Below are positions 50,990-62,282 of a stretch of 64,000 bases of DNA, in pieces. Positions within the stretch are counted from its first letter, which is position 1, and each line of letters begins with the position of its first letter. The stretch is from Mobula hypostoma (Eukaryota): NCBI RefSeq assembly GCF_963921235.1, contig NC_086097.1:255318001-255382000 (forward strand). The letters run 5' to 3'. The notes beneath the pieces were generated by a model. It was not told the origin of the DNA, made no database searches, and saw only the letters and a list, made by a program, of their open reading frames with translations. The translations under genes and the position numbers were made by a program.

Positions 50990-53900
50990 AACCATAAGAC
51001 CGTAATATATAGGAGCAGTATTAGGCCATTTGGCTCACCTGGAATCATTTTCATGAACCTCCTTTGAACCCTCTCTAGTTTCAGCACATCTTTTCGAAGA
51101 TAAGGAACCCAAACCTGCTCACAATACTCCAAGTAAGGCCTCACCAGTGCCTTATAAAGTTTTAACATTATATCCTTGCTTTTATATTCTAGTCCTCTTG
51201 AAATGAATGCTAATATTCCATTTATCTTCCTCACCACAGACTCAACCTACAAATTAACCTTTAGGGAATCTTCTCAAGTCCCTTTGCCCTCAGTTTTTTT
51301 TTTGCATTTTCTCTCCATTTAGAAAATAGTCAACCCTTTAATATCTTCTACCAAAGTGCATGATCATACACTTTCCAGCACAGCATTTCATCTGTCATTT
51401 CTTTGCCCATTCTCCTAATCTGTCTAAGTCCTTCCATGGCCTCTCTACTTCCTCAAAACTACTTGCCTCTCCACCTATCTTTATATTGCCTGCAAATTTT
51501 GCAACAAAGCCATCAATCCCATCATCCAAATCATTCACATATAATGTAAAAAGAATTGATCTCAACACAGACCCCTGTGGAACACTACTAATCTCTGGCA
51601 GCCAGCCAAAAAAAATGCTCCCTTCATTCCCATACTTTGCCTCCAGCCAATCATCCACTGCCTTACACATGCTAGAATCTTTCCTATAATACCATGGGCT
51701 CATAGCTTGCTAAGTAGCCTCATATGTGGCACCTTGTCAAAGGACTTCTGAAAATTCAAGTACATCAAGCAATTCTCCTTTGTCTATGCTGCTTGTAATT
51801 TCTTCAAAGAATTCCAAAAAATTTGTCTAGCAAGATTATCCTGTGAGGAAACCATGCTGACTAAGGTCTATTTTATCATGTTCCTCCAAATACCCTGAGA
51901 CATCATCCTTAATAATTTACTCCAACATCTTCCCAACTACTGAGGTCAGACTAACTGGCCTATAGACTCCTTTATTCTGCCTCTTTCTCTCCTTGAAGAG
52001 TGCAGTGGCATTTGCAATTTTGCAGACTTCTAGAACCATATCTGTATCCAGTGATTCTTGAACAGTCATTACTAATGCCTCTACTATCTCTTCGATGACC
52101 ATTTTCAGAACTCTGGGGCGCACACCATTTGGTCCAGGTGACTTATCTACCTTCAGACATTTCAGGTTCATAAGAAGCTTCCCTCTAGCCATGGTAACTT
52201 CACACTTCATAACCCCTGACACCTGGAACATCGACCATATGGCTAGTGTCTTCCAAAGTGACGACTGATGCAAAATACTTATTCAGTTCATCCACCATTT
52301 CGTTGTCCCCCATTACAACATTGTTTTCCAGCATTCCAATATCCACTCTTGCCTCTCTTTTACACTTTATGTATCTGAAGAAACTTTTGGTATCTTCTTT
52401 AATATCCAGAGAGGAAGAAGTATTCGAAAGGAAAGATGACATCACCGTGACTAACAAGAGAGTCAAAGTCAACATAAAAGCCAAAAAGAGGCATATAACA
52501 GAGCAAAAATTAGTGGAAAGTTAGATGATTTAGCCCGATATTTGTGAGGTAGTTCAGTTTTTATGCACAGAGAGTGGTGAGTGTGTGAATGGGCTGCTGG
52601 CAAAGGTGGTGGAGGCAGATACAACAGAGCCTTTTAAGAGGTTCCTGGATAGATACATGGAGCTTAGAAAAAAAGGGGGCTATGGGTAACCCTAGGTAAT
52701 TTCTAAAGTAAGTGCATGTTGGGCACAGCATTGTGGGTCAAACAGCCTGTATTGTGCTGTAGGTTTTCTATGTTTCTATGTTATGATTGGGAAGCTTTCA
52801 AATCCCAACAGGAGGCAACTAAAAAGTCATTAAGAAGGTAAAAATGGAATATGAAAGTAAGCTAGCCAATAATATTAAAGAGGATACCAAAAGTTTCTTC
52901 AGATACATAGTGTAAAAGAGAAGGAGGAGTGGGTATTGGTCTGCTGGAAAACAATGCTGGAGCAGTAGTAATGGGGGACAACAAAATGGCAGATGAACTG
53001 AATATGTATTTTGCATCAGTTGTCGCTGTGGAAAACATTAGCAGTATGCTGGAAGTTCCAGGTGTTGGGGGTGTGAAGTGTGTGAACTACCATAACTAGA
53101 GAGAAGGTTCTTGGAAACTGAAAGGTCCTGAAGTAGATAAGTCACCTGGACCAGATGGTGTACATCCCAGGTGAAGGAGGTTGCTGAAGAGATCATGGAG
53201 GCATTAGGAATGATCTGTCAAGAATCACTAGATTCTGGAATGGTTTGGAAGACTGGAAAATTGCAAATATTACTCCGCTCTTCAAGAAGTGAGAGAAGCT
53301 GAAGAAAAGAAACTATAGGCCAGTTAGTCTGACCTCAGTGGTTGGGAAGATGTTGGAGTCGATTTCTAAGGGTGAGGTCTCAAGGTACTTGGAGGCACAT
53401 GATAAAATATGCCATAATCATGGCAGGAGGCAAACAGTGGGAATAAAGGAAGCCTTTTCTGGTTGGCTGCTGGTAAATAGTGGTGTTCCACAGGGGTCTG
53501 TGTTGGCTCTGATTCTTTTTACATGATATGTCAATGATTTGGATGATGGAATTAATGGCTTTTTCGCAAAACTTGCTTACAATAAGAAGAAAGTTCAGGG
53601 GCAGGTAAGTTGGATGAAGTTGAGAGGCTACAGAAGTACAGATTAGGAGACTGAGCAAAGAAATGGCAGATGGAATACAGGGTTGGGATGTTGATGGTTA
53701 TGCACTTTGGCAGAATAAATGAAAAGATGGACTATTTTTGAAATGGAGATAAAATACAAAAAAAAACTGAGGTGCAAAGGGACTTGGCAGTCCTTGTGCA
53801 GGATTCCCTAAAGCTTAATTTGTAGGTTGAGTCTGTGGTGAGGAAGTCAAATGCAATGTTAGCACTTGTTTCAAGAGGACTGAAACATAAGAAGCAAGGA

Positions 53901-54610
53901 TATAATGTTTGAACACTATGAGCCACTGGCAAGGCCTCACTTGGAGTATTGTGAGCAGGTTTGGGCTCCTTATCTTAGAAAGAATGTGCTGAAACTGGAG
54001 AGTGTTCAAAGGAAGATCAAAAAAATTGAATGACTTGCCATATGACGAAAGCTTGATGGATCTGGGCTTGTATTCACTAGAATTCAAACAAATGAGGGGT
54101 GTCCTCATTGAAACCTAAGTTTCCTGTGGTGGGAGAGTCTAAGACCAGAAGAGACAGCCTCAGAATAGAGGGGTGTCCTTTTAGAATGGTGATGAGAAGG
54201 AATTTCTTTTGCCCAAGAGTGGTGAATCTGTGAAATTCTTTGCCATAGGCAGCTGTGGAGGCCAAATCTCTATATACTATATATCCAAGGCAGAGGTTGA
54301 TAGATTATTCATCGGTCAGGGCATAAAGGGATATGGGGAGAAGACAGGAGATTGGGGCTAAGAGTAATATTGGATCAGCCATGATGAAATGACAGAACAG
54401 ACTTGATGGGCAAAATGGCCTAATTCTGCTACTGTATATTCTGGTCCTATAGTCTTTTGGTCTAAAATTATTGGCTAGCTTGCTTTTGTATTCCATTTTT
54501 ACCTTCTGAACAATTTTTTGTTGATTTCTGTTGGTTTTTAATAGCTTTCCATTAATTTTTGTTCTACTATCTGCCTCTCTTTGGCTTTTATGATGACTTT
54601 GGCTTTGGAA
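50990..54610. mobile_element. Degraded CR1 fragments (50990-52405 -; 52410-54460 + with inserted tail 52550-52782; 54465-54610 -)
   Basis: RT remnants in ORFs 51395-51703, 51917-52273, 53338-53526. Confidence 0.78.
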
Positions 54611-54719
54611 GTCTATGTAGGAGGGAAGGTTAGATGGTTCTCAAAGTAAGTTAAAGGTCAATAATACGTTCCAACAACTTATGACCTCTTTCTGGAACTT
54701 ACTTCAAGAATTAAAGGCA

Positions 54720-56730
54720 AAGTGAATAGGAGTAAGGAACCTTGGTTCTCAAGGGATATTGCAACTCTGATAAAGAAGAAGAGGGAGTTGTATGAAATGT
54801 ATAGGAAACAGGGAGTAAATCAGGTGCTTGAGGAGTATAAGAAGTGCAAGAAAATACTTAAGGAAGTAATCAGGAGGGCTAAAAGAAGACATGAGGTTGT
54901 CTTGGCAGTCAAAGTGAAGGATAATCCAAAGAGCTTTTACAGGTATATTAAGAGCAAAAGGATTGTAAGGGATAAAATTGGTCCTCTTGAAGATCAGAGT
55001 GGTCAGCTATGTGCGGAACCAAAGGAAATGGGGGAGATCTTAAATAGGTTTTTTGCGTCTGTATTTACTAAGGAAGCTGGCATGAAATCTATGGAATTGA
55101 GGGAATCAAGTAGTGAAATCATGGAAACTGTACAGATTGAAAAGGAGGAGGTGCTTGCTGTCTTGAGGAAAATTAAAGTGGATAAATCCCTGGGACCTGA
55201 CAGGGTGTTCCCTCGGACCTTGAAGGAGACTAGTGTTGAAATTGCGGGGGCGCTGGCAGAAATATTTAAAATGTCGCTGTCTACGGGTGAGGTGCCAGAG
55301 GATTGGAGAGTGGCTCATGTTGTTCCATTGTTTAAAAAAGGATCGAAAAGTAATCCAGGAAATTATAGGCCGGTAAATTTAGCGTCGGTAGTAGGTAAGT
55401 TATTGGAGGGAGTACTAAGAGACAGAATCTACAAGCATTTGGATAGACAGGGACTTATTAGGGAGAGTCAACATGGCTTTGTGCATGGTAGGTCATGTTT
55501 GACCAATCTGTTGCAGTTTTTCGAGGAGGTTACCAGGAAAGTGGATGAAGGGAAGGCAGTGGATATTGTCTACATGGATCTCAGTAAGGCCTTTGACAAG
55601 GTTCCGCATGGGAGGTTAGTTAGGAAAATTCATTCGCTAGGTATACATGGAGAGGTGGTAAATTGGATTAGACATTGGCTCAATGGAAGAAGCCAAAGAG
55701 TGGTAGTAGAGAATTGCTTCTCTGAGTGGAGGCCTGTGACTAGTGGTGTGCCACAGGGATCAGTGCTGGGTCCATTGTTATTTGTCATCTATATCAATGA
55801 TCTGGATGATAATGTGGTAAATTGGATCAGCAAATTTGCTGATGATACAAAGATTGGAGGTGTAGTAGACAGTGAGGAAGGTTTTCAGAGCCTGCAGAGG
55901 GACTTGGACCAGCTGGAAAAATGGGCTAAAAAATGGCAGATGGAGATTAATACAGACAAGTGTGAGGTATTGCACGTTGGAAGGACAAACCAAGGTAGAA
56001 CATACAGGGTTAATGTTAAGGCACTGAGGAGTGCAGTAGAACAGAGGGCTCTGGGAATACAGATACAAAATTCCCTAAAAGTGGCGTCACAGGTAGATAG
56101 GGTCGTAAAGAGAGCTTTTGGTACATTGGCCTTTATTAATCAAAGTATTGAGTATAAGAGCTGGAATGTTATGAATGTTATGCCGAATCTGGAGTATTGT
56201 GTTCAGTTTTGGTCACTGAATTACAGGAAGGATATAAATAAGGTTGAAAGACTGCAGAGAAGGTTTACAAGGATGTTGCCAGGACTTGAGAAACTCAGTT
56301 ACAGAGAAAGGTTGAATAGGTTAGGACTTTATTCCCTGGAGCGTAGAAAAATGAGGGGAGATTTGATAGAGGTATATAAAATTATGATGGGTATAGATAG
56401 AGTGAATGCAAGCAGGCTTTTTCCACTGAGGCAAGGGGAGAAAAAAACCAGAGGACATGGGTTAAGGGTGAGGGGGGAAAAGTTTAAAGGGAACATTAGG
56501 GGGGGCTTCTTCACACAGAGAGTGGTGGGAGTATGGAATGAGCTGCCAGACGAGGTGGTAAATGCGGGTTCTTTTTTAACATTTAAGAATAAATTGGACA
56601 GATACATGGATGGGAGGTGTATGGAGGGATATGGTCCGTGTGCAGGTCAGTGAGACTAGGCAGAAAATGGTTCGGCACAGCCAAGAAGGGCCAAAAGGCC
56701 TGTTTCTGTGCTGTAGTTTCTATGGTTTCT
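54720..56730 (+). mobile_element. 5'-truncated CR1 with 643-aa uninterrupted ORF2 (RT)
   Basis: ORF 54722-56653 with complete RT motifs; tail tttctatggtttcta. Confidence 0.95.
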
Positions 56731-57918
56731 ATATTGGTAGATAAACTGTCTCCAGAGAAAGAGACAGTAAGATCGAGAAAGGGGATGGAAGTGTTGGAAA
56801 TAGACCAGGTGAATTTGAGGGTAGGGTGGAAGTTGGAGGCAAAGTTGATGAGGTCTACAAGCTCTGCATTGGTGCAGGAAGCAGCACCAGTGCAGGCATT
56901 GATGTAGCATAAGAAAAGTGGGGAGTGGCACCAGTGTAGGCTTGGAACATTGAGTGTTCACGTAGCCGACAAACAGGCAGGCGTAACTGGGAACCATGGC
57001 TACACCTTTTGTTTGAAGGAAGTGAGAGGAGCCGAAGGAGAAATTATTAAGAGTGAGGACAAGTTTCACTAGACAGAGGAGAGTGATAGTGGAGGGGAAC
57101 TGGTTGGGTGTGGTGTCGAGAAAGAAATGGAGAGCTTTCAGGCCTTCTTGGTGGGGGATGGAGGTGTATAGGGACTAGACATCCATAGTGAAAACAAGAT
57201 GATGGGGGCCAAGGATCTTGAAAGCGTGGAAAAGATGAAGACCAAGTGAAGTGTCACAGATTTGGGTAGGAAAGGACTGAACTGGGGGGGGGGGAACAAA
57301 ACTGAGGCGAGGTATGCAGATGGGACAGGAACAAGCAGAAACAATGGGTCGACCTGGACACACTCAGTGGGGCAGTCCATGGCCTCCTTAACTGTAGCTA
57401 CCAGGACACATGCAGGTTGGAGGTGCAACACCTTATATTTCACCTGGGTAACCTTCCACTTAATGGCATGAACATCGATTTCCTGAAACTTTGGTAATGA
57501 CCACCTCCCCCCCCCAACTTCACCACTCCTCATTCCCATTTCCCTCTCTCACCTTATCCCCTTACCTACCCATTACCTCCCTCTTTTATTTCTTCCATGG
57601 CCTTCTGTCCTCTATCAGACTCTCCCCTCTCCCGCCCTGTATCTCTTTCACCAATCAACTTTCCAGTTCTTCACTTCACCCCTCTCCCGCCTTCCCGCCC
57701 CGCGCCCCACCCGTTTCACCGATCACCTTGTGGTTTTTCCTCCCCTCCTCCCACTTTCTTACTCCGACTCCTCATCTTTTTATTCCAGTCCTGATGAAGG
57801 GCCTCGGCCAGAAATGTCAACTGTTCTTTTTTCCATAGATGCTGCCTGGCCTGCTGAGTTCCTCCAGCATTTTGTGTGTGTCGCTCGGATTTCCAGCATC
57901 TGCAGATTTTCTCTTGTT
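56731..57918. mobile_element. Penelope-like element with internal inversion (RT on - strand 56731-57360; GIY-YIG end plus pLTR on + strand 57370-57918)
   Basis: LTLNNFSFGSSHFLQTKGVAM on the minus strand; terminal repeat with hammerhead on the plus strand. Confidence 0.8.
57787..57822 (+). ncRNA. Degenerate minimal hammerhead motif
   Basis: AGTC CTGATGA AGGGCCTCGGCCA GAAA TGTC AACT; core intact, stems partly decayed. Confidence 0.55.
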
Positions 57919-58371
57919 TTTAAATCCCGAGTTGCTTGACCATTGTGAATCAGCTATGTATTACTTAAAAGATCTATCAGCCACGACTGCAGACTTCCCA
58001 GTATAATCAGGATTATATGTCTTCAATTCAGAGAACAGGCCCGGCCCATACCCCGACTGCCTCTCAGACCGCAGCAGACATTTTAACCGGTGGATTCCGA
58101 CACAGCAACTCGAAAGAACAAAAAGACACGAAGCCGCTCGGTACCTTCTCCACTAATGTTTCATACACACGGTTTGAATCCAGATCTACGATATTATGTA
58201 TACTAGGTACATCGCGATCCATTCCGAATCATTACTCGCCCAACCTATATCTTAATCAGCTTATCTATATAACGTCTGCTTTGTCCGATCAATATACCAT
58301 CAGCATTAAATGAACATATGTAATCTATAGCATTCAATTTGTCTTGCATAAATATCCGTGAACATATCTGT

Positions 58372-58506
58372 GTACATGGAGCTTAGAAAAATGGAGGGCT
58401 ATGCGGTAGGGAAATTCTAGGCAGTTTCTAGATTAGGTTACATGGTCGGCACAACATTGTGGGCCGAAGGGCCTGTAATGTGCTGTAGATTTTCTATGTT
58501 CTATGT
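58372..58506 (+). mobile_element. CR1 3' tail fragment
   Basis: gggccgaagggcc hairpin followed by ttctatgttctatg. Confidence 0.8.
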
Positions 58507-58872
58507 CATCATATACTTTATCTAACCCATATAGTGTATATTTCCCAATATACATATTTGATATGCCAGCTATACTAAATACAGTTTTACACAACCTGTA
58601 TCTCATAAAGTTTATTGTATCCCGACCCGTCCGCCTAATCATTGTAGACCATACTGTCAACTCTAACGCTAACTGCATTACTCAATTATATATCAGATTT
58701 TTGCATTCCATGTAATCCACTCTGTATAATCTCTAAACTGGTTTAGTAATATAATTGGCATATTTTATAGCGTACATTACCAAATCATTTGCCAACTCTG
58801 TATCCAAGTCGATACGCAGCCAGTTAACCAAACTGTATACAACCTGTGCTGTCAAACCATACGATTTAGTGC

Positions 58873-58965
58873 AGCACACCCAAAATGCTGGAGGAACTCA
58901 GCAAGTCAGGCAGAAATAAATAAACGGTCGACGTTTCGGATCGAGACCCTTCTTCAAAACTGAAG
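58873..58965 (-). mobile_element. Short PLE-terminus fragment with degenerate hammerhead
   Basis: aaaatgctggaggaactcagc...gtcgacgtttcgg matches the other pLTR copies. Confidence 0.7.
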
Positions 58966-59139
58966 AAACGTACCATTTAGTGTCTATACAATCGCTTTAT
59001 GTAGTATTTCTCATAAAACTAACGTCCAATGTCGACTACACATTATTAACCCTGTCATAATGATATCAGCGAACAACCAGACCCGTGTATTTCCAATAGT
59101 CCATTACAAACGTTCCTTCACGCATGTACTTTTATTGAA

Positions 59140-59762
59140 GAGAGAATCCGGCGGCGAGCGCTTGACCTGTCGGATCATTTAACCTCTATCTGTTCTATGA
59201 TATGTTGCTCCCCGTGGATCCCGCGCCACCCCTGCCTCGGTAAATCATTCCTCCACATCGTAATACAATCCCATCGGAGAGCGGGCGGGCTGTCGCGGCA
59301 TTTAAAGACCTCTGGGGCTGGCTAATGTTTGAAATCGTGCGCAGACAAAAGATCCCAGTCGGAATCTCGGACAGTTGTGGTCGCCTCGCAGTCCCGGTAA
59401 TGGGCACAGCTCGCTCTCCGGTTTACCGCCGCCGAATAGGCTTACTCACCGCTAACAACCGCTGCCAGCAGTTGGAGTGAGAAGGTACAAGCGAGCAACT
59501 GTAGTCTGCTATCCATGACAGATTCCCTCTTCTCACAGGGAGCCCAACCTCCAGCCTCTGTCTGTCCCGTGTGTTGAGCGCCGCCGCTCCCCATCGTTAC
59601 AAATCCGCTGTGTTCTGGATGGAGAGGGGGGAAGGGCGAGGTGCCGTGTTCACGCTGTTGGCGAAGATAGGAGTGTTCATTAATGAGTAGATTTCTCTGG
59701 GTGGGTACCAGAGAGTCTCGCCTGCAGACGTGATGACGCGCTCTGGCGAACCCCACACCCGG

Positions 59763-59765
<3 letters not shown>
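59140..59765 (-). promoter_or_regulatory. CpG-rich promoter/5' region of CSPG5
   Basis: High CpG density relative to the CpG-depleted intron; surrounds exon 1; CRE/ATF-like GACGTGATGACG at 59727-59738. Confidence 0.6.
59450..59516 (-). CDS. CSPG5: CSPG5 (neuroglycan C/CALEB) coding exon 1, signal peptide MDSRLQLLACTFSLQLLAAVVS
   Basis: ATG at 59516 in gtcATGG context, 22 codons with a hydrophobic signal-peptide-like core, then AGCG|GTGAGT donor (GT at 59449-59448), phase 1. This matches the phase-1 acceptor of the exon at 9086 (G+GA = Gly). Lies in CpG-rich non-repetitive DNA. An in-frame upstream ATG exists at 59594. Confidence 0.8.
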
Positions 59766-59766
<1 letters not shown>

Positions 59767-59831
<65 letters not shown>

Positions 59832-59838
59832 CTCTCCG

Positions 59839-59879
<41 letters not shown>

Positions 59880-59967
59880 CTATCTCTCTATCTCTCCCTC
59901 TCTCCGTCTCTCTCTCTCTCTCCCTCTCCATCTCTATCTATCTATTTCTCTCTCTCTCTCTATCTAA

Positions 59968-59998
<31 letters not shown>

Positions 59999-60093
59999 AC
60001 GCACACACACACACACACACACGTGTGAGTGGACATATGCATGTCAACATGTGTGGGGCATGCATATATGTGTGAGAGAACGTGTGTGAGTGA

Positions 60094-60141
<48 letters not shown>

Positions 60142-60410
60142 TTCTGTATTTAAGCGGGTATATGAATGCTGGCGTGGGCATGTGTGTTTATAGTAATTTC
60201 TGTGTAGATATGTTATGCGCGTGAACATGTGTGAAGTATACATATATGCGTCTGAGCATTACGTGCGAACATGCGTGTGTGAACATGTGTGTGTTAACAG
60301 GTGTGTTAGTACGTGTGTGTGAAAATATATGTGCGTGAACGTGTGTCTGTGTGAACATGTATGCCTTCGTGGACATGTGTCTGTGTAAACCGAGCCTGAG
60401 TGAATACATG
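59767..60410. repeat. Compound microsatellite (CT)n/(CTAT)n then (CA)n/(TG)n
   Basis: Direct inspection. Confidence 0.95.
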
Positions 60411-60419
60411 TTTAGGTCA

Positions 60420-60900
60420 CTGAACCTCCTAACCCCCCACCCTCAGCGCACAGCCCTCGACATGACTCAGAGACCACGGACTCCGAACTGCTCTTGATAA
60501 TCCGGATTAACAAATCTAACCCGATTACTGACACTCAGGCCCGGACTCCCGCCAGCCATGCGCACAAATGCACCACACACACCCGGTCACCGTCTGTGAC
60601 ACGGTCCGGGAGCTACCCACCCCGCCCACGGGCCCCCCGATGGCTCGAATCTCCCCATTCGGCCGATCTAACACGTTTCACACGCTCCGCTCGAATGGAT
60701 CCGCAGCGCCGGTTACAGATGGCGGGGCGATGCGGGGAGAATTTTAAACGCGCTCTTCCCCTCCAAGCCCGGCGAGAGCGAGCAGCGGCTGAGGGCAGGG
60801 GACGTGACCATGTTGTTAACGAGGCCCGGAGAGTCGGGTGGAATTGGGCGGAGACAACACACTGAATGAAAGAGTTGGGAAGCTGACGAAGGTGAGGAGA
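60420..60900. promoter_or_regulatory. Second CpG-rich island upstream of CSPG5 (distal promoter, enhancer or divergent promoter)
   Basis: Non-repetitive CpG-rich block; AP-1 TGACTCA at 60463-60469; YY1-like AGATGGCG with overlapping GGCGGGGC at ~60717-60728; GACGTGAC at 60801. Confidence 0.4.
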
Positions 60901-60939
60901 AACTAGACGAGAGACTGAGGGAGGTGGGTGTAAAAATAA

Positions 60940-61115
60940 CAGAGGGGAAGCGGGAGAGCAAAAGGGGAGGAGAGAGATGGAAGGGAGAGAGAGAGACAGA
61001 GAAGAGAAAGGAGAGGAGGCAGAGAGACAGAGAAAACAGACAGAGAGAGGGGAAAGAGAGACAGGGGAGAGAGAGGGAGAGAAAGAGAGAGACAGAGACA
61101 GAGAGAGCACAGAAA
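60940..61115. repeat. Polypurine (GA)-rich tract
   Basis: Direct inspection. Confidence 0.85.
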
Positions 61116-61419
61116 ATGGAACAAAAAGAGAATTAGAAGCTAGTCAGACTTCTAGGAGGGGGATCGGGGGACAGAGACAGAAAGACTAACAGGGACTTTA
61201 ACAATGAGAAACCATTGCAATGGTGAACGAAAGAAAGCAAGGAGAAAGAGAGACGAAAGAAAGAGTCTGTCAGAGGCAGGATGAATGGAGAAGAGGGGGG
61301 TTGATTGTCTGCCTTGTTGCCCCGTTCCGAAGACCCGGGTGAGGACAGCAGTGCCTGTTGTCTGCCTCGTGTGAACAGAGGAAGGGGGCAGATGATATTG
61401 ACAGCAGGTGGGAGAGACC

Positions 61420-62280
61420 AGAACAGCCATGATTTTCGAACATCTTCCCACACTGTCACTTGTAAAAATGCCGTCGCCTTCTGCCAGTTCTTCCACTTTC
61501 GCTGCAGCTGCTCCCAGGATGAGGCTTTTCATTCCAGAGCTAAGGAGATATCCTCATTCAAAGAAAGGGGCTTCCCTTATTCACCATCAACATTGCCCTC
61601 ACCCGCATCTATTCCATTTCGCGCACGTCTGCCCTCCCCTAATCCTCCTACCAGTGCACCAGCCTCCGTAATTCTCCGTAACTTTTGCCGTCTCCAACGG
61701 GATCCCACCACATCTCTCCCCCTGCCCAACTTTCTGCTTTCTGCAGGGATCGCTCCCTACGCGACTCCCTTGTCCATTCATCCCTCCTCACTGATCCCCC
61801 TCCTGGTACTTACCCTTGCAAGCGGAAAAAGTGCAACACCTGTCCCAACACCTCCTCCTTCACTACCATTCAGGGCCTCAAACAGTCCTTACAGGCGAAG
61901 CAACAATTCACCTGTGAGACTATTGGGGTCATCTAATGTACCCAGTGCTCCCCATGTGGCCTCCTGGTTATCGATGAGACCAATTGAAGTGGACTAGGAC
62001 ACTGCTTCGCCGAGCACCTACCCTCCATTTACCAGAAAAAGTGGGATCTCCCAATAGCCACCCACTTCAATTCTACTTCCCATTCCCATTTCGACATGTC
62101 AGTCCATGGACTCCTCTACTACCACGATTAGAGATCGGAGCTCATGGCTCTCAGATTGGAGCAGCAACCCCTTACATTCCTTCTGGGTAGCCTCCAACCT
62201 GATGGCATGAGCATCAATTTCTCGAATTTCCGGTAATTGTTCCACCCCCTTCACCATTCCTATTCCTGTTTCCCTCTCTA
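61420..62280 (+). mobile_element. Degraded Penelope-like element (RT C-terminus plus GIY-YIG), truncated before the hammerhead
   Basis: CSQDEAFHSR, PPGTYPCKRKKCNTCP, and LGSLQPDGM remnants. Confidence 0.8.
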
Positions 62281-62282
62281 AC

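Noticed and set aside
60466..60484. REST/RE1-like site tcagagaccacggactc
   Set aside because: Deviates from TCAGCACCnnGGACAG in both half-sites and in spacing.
60883..60903. CTGACGA...GAAAC hammerhead-like string in the upstream island
   Set aside because: The intervening aggtgagga cannot form stem II, there is no stem I or NUH site, and there is no PLE context.
60494..61532. ORFs 60494-60865, 60613-61110 and 61133-61532 as a separate gene
   Set aside because: No recognisable domain; explained by GC-rich, low-complexity or PLE sequence.
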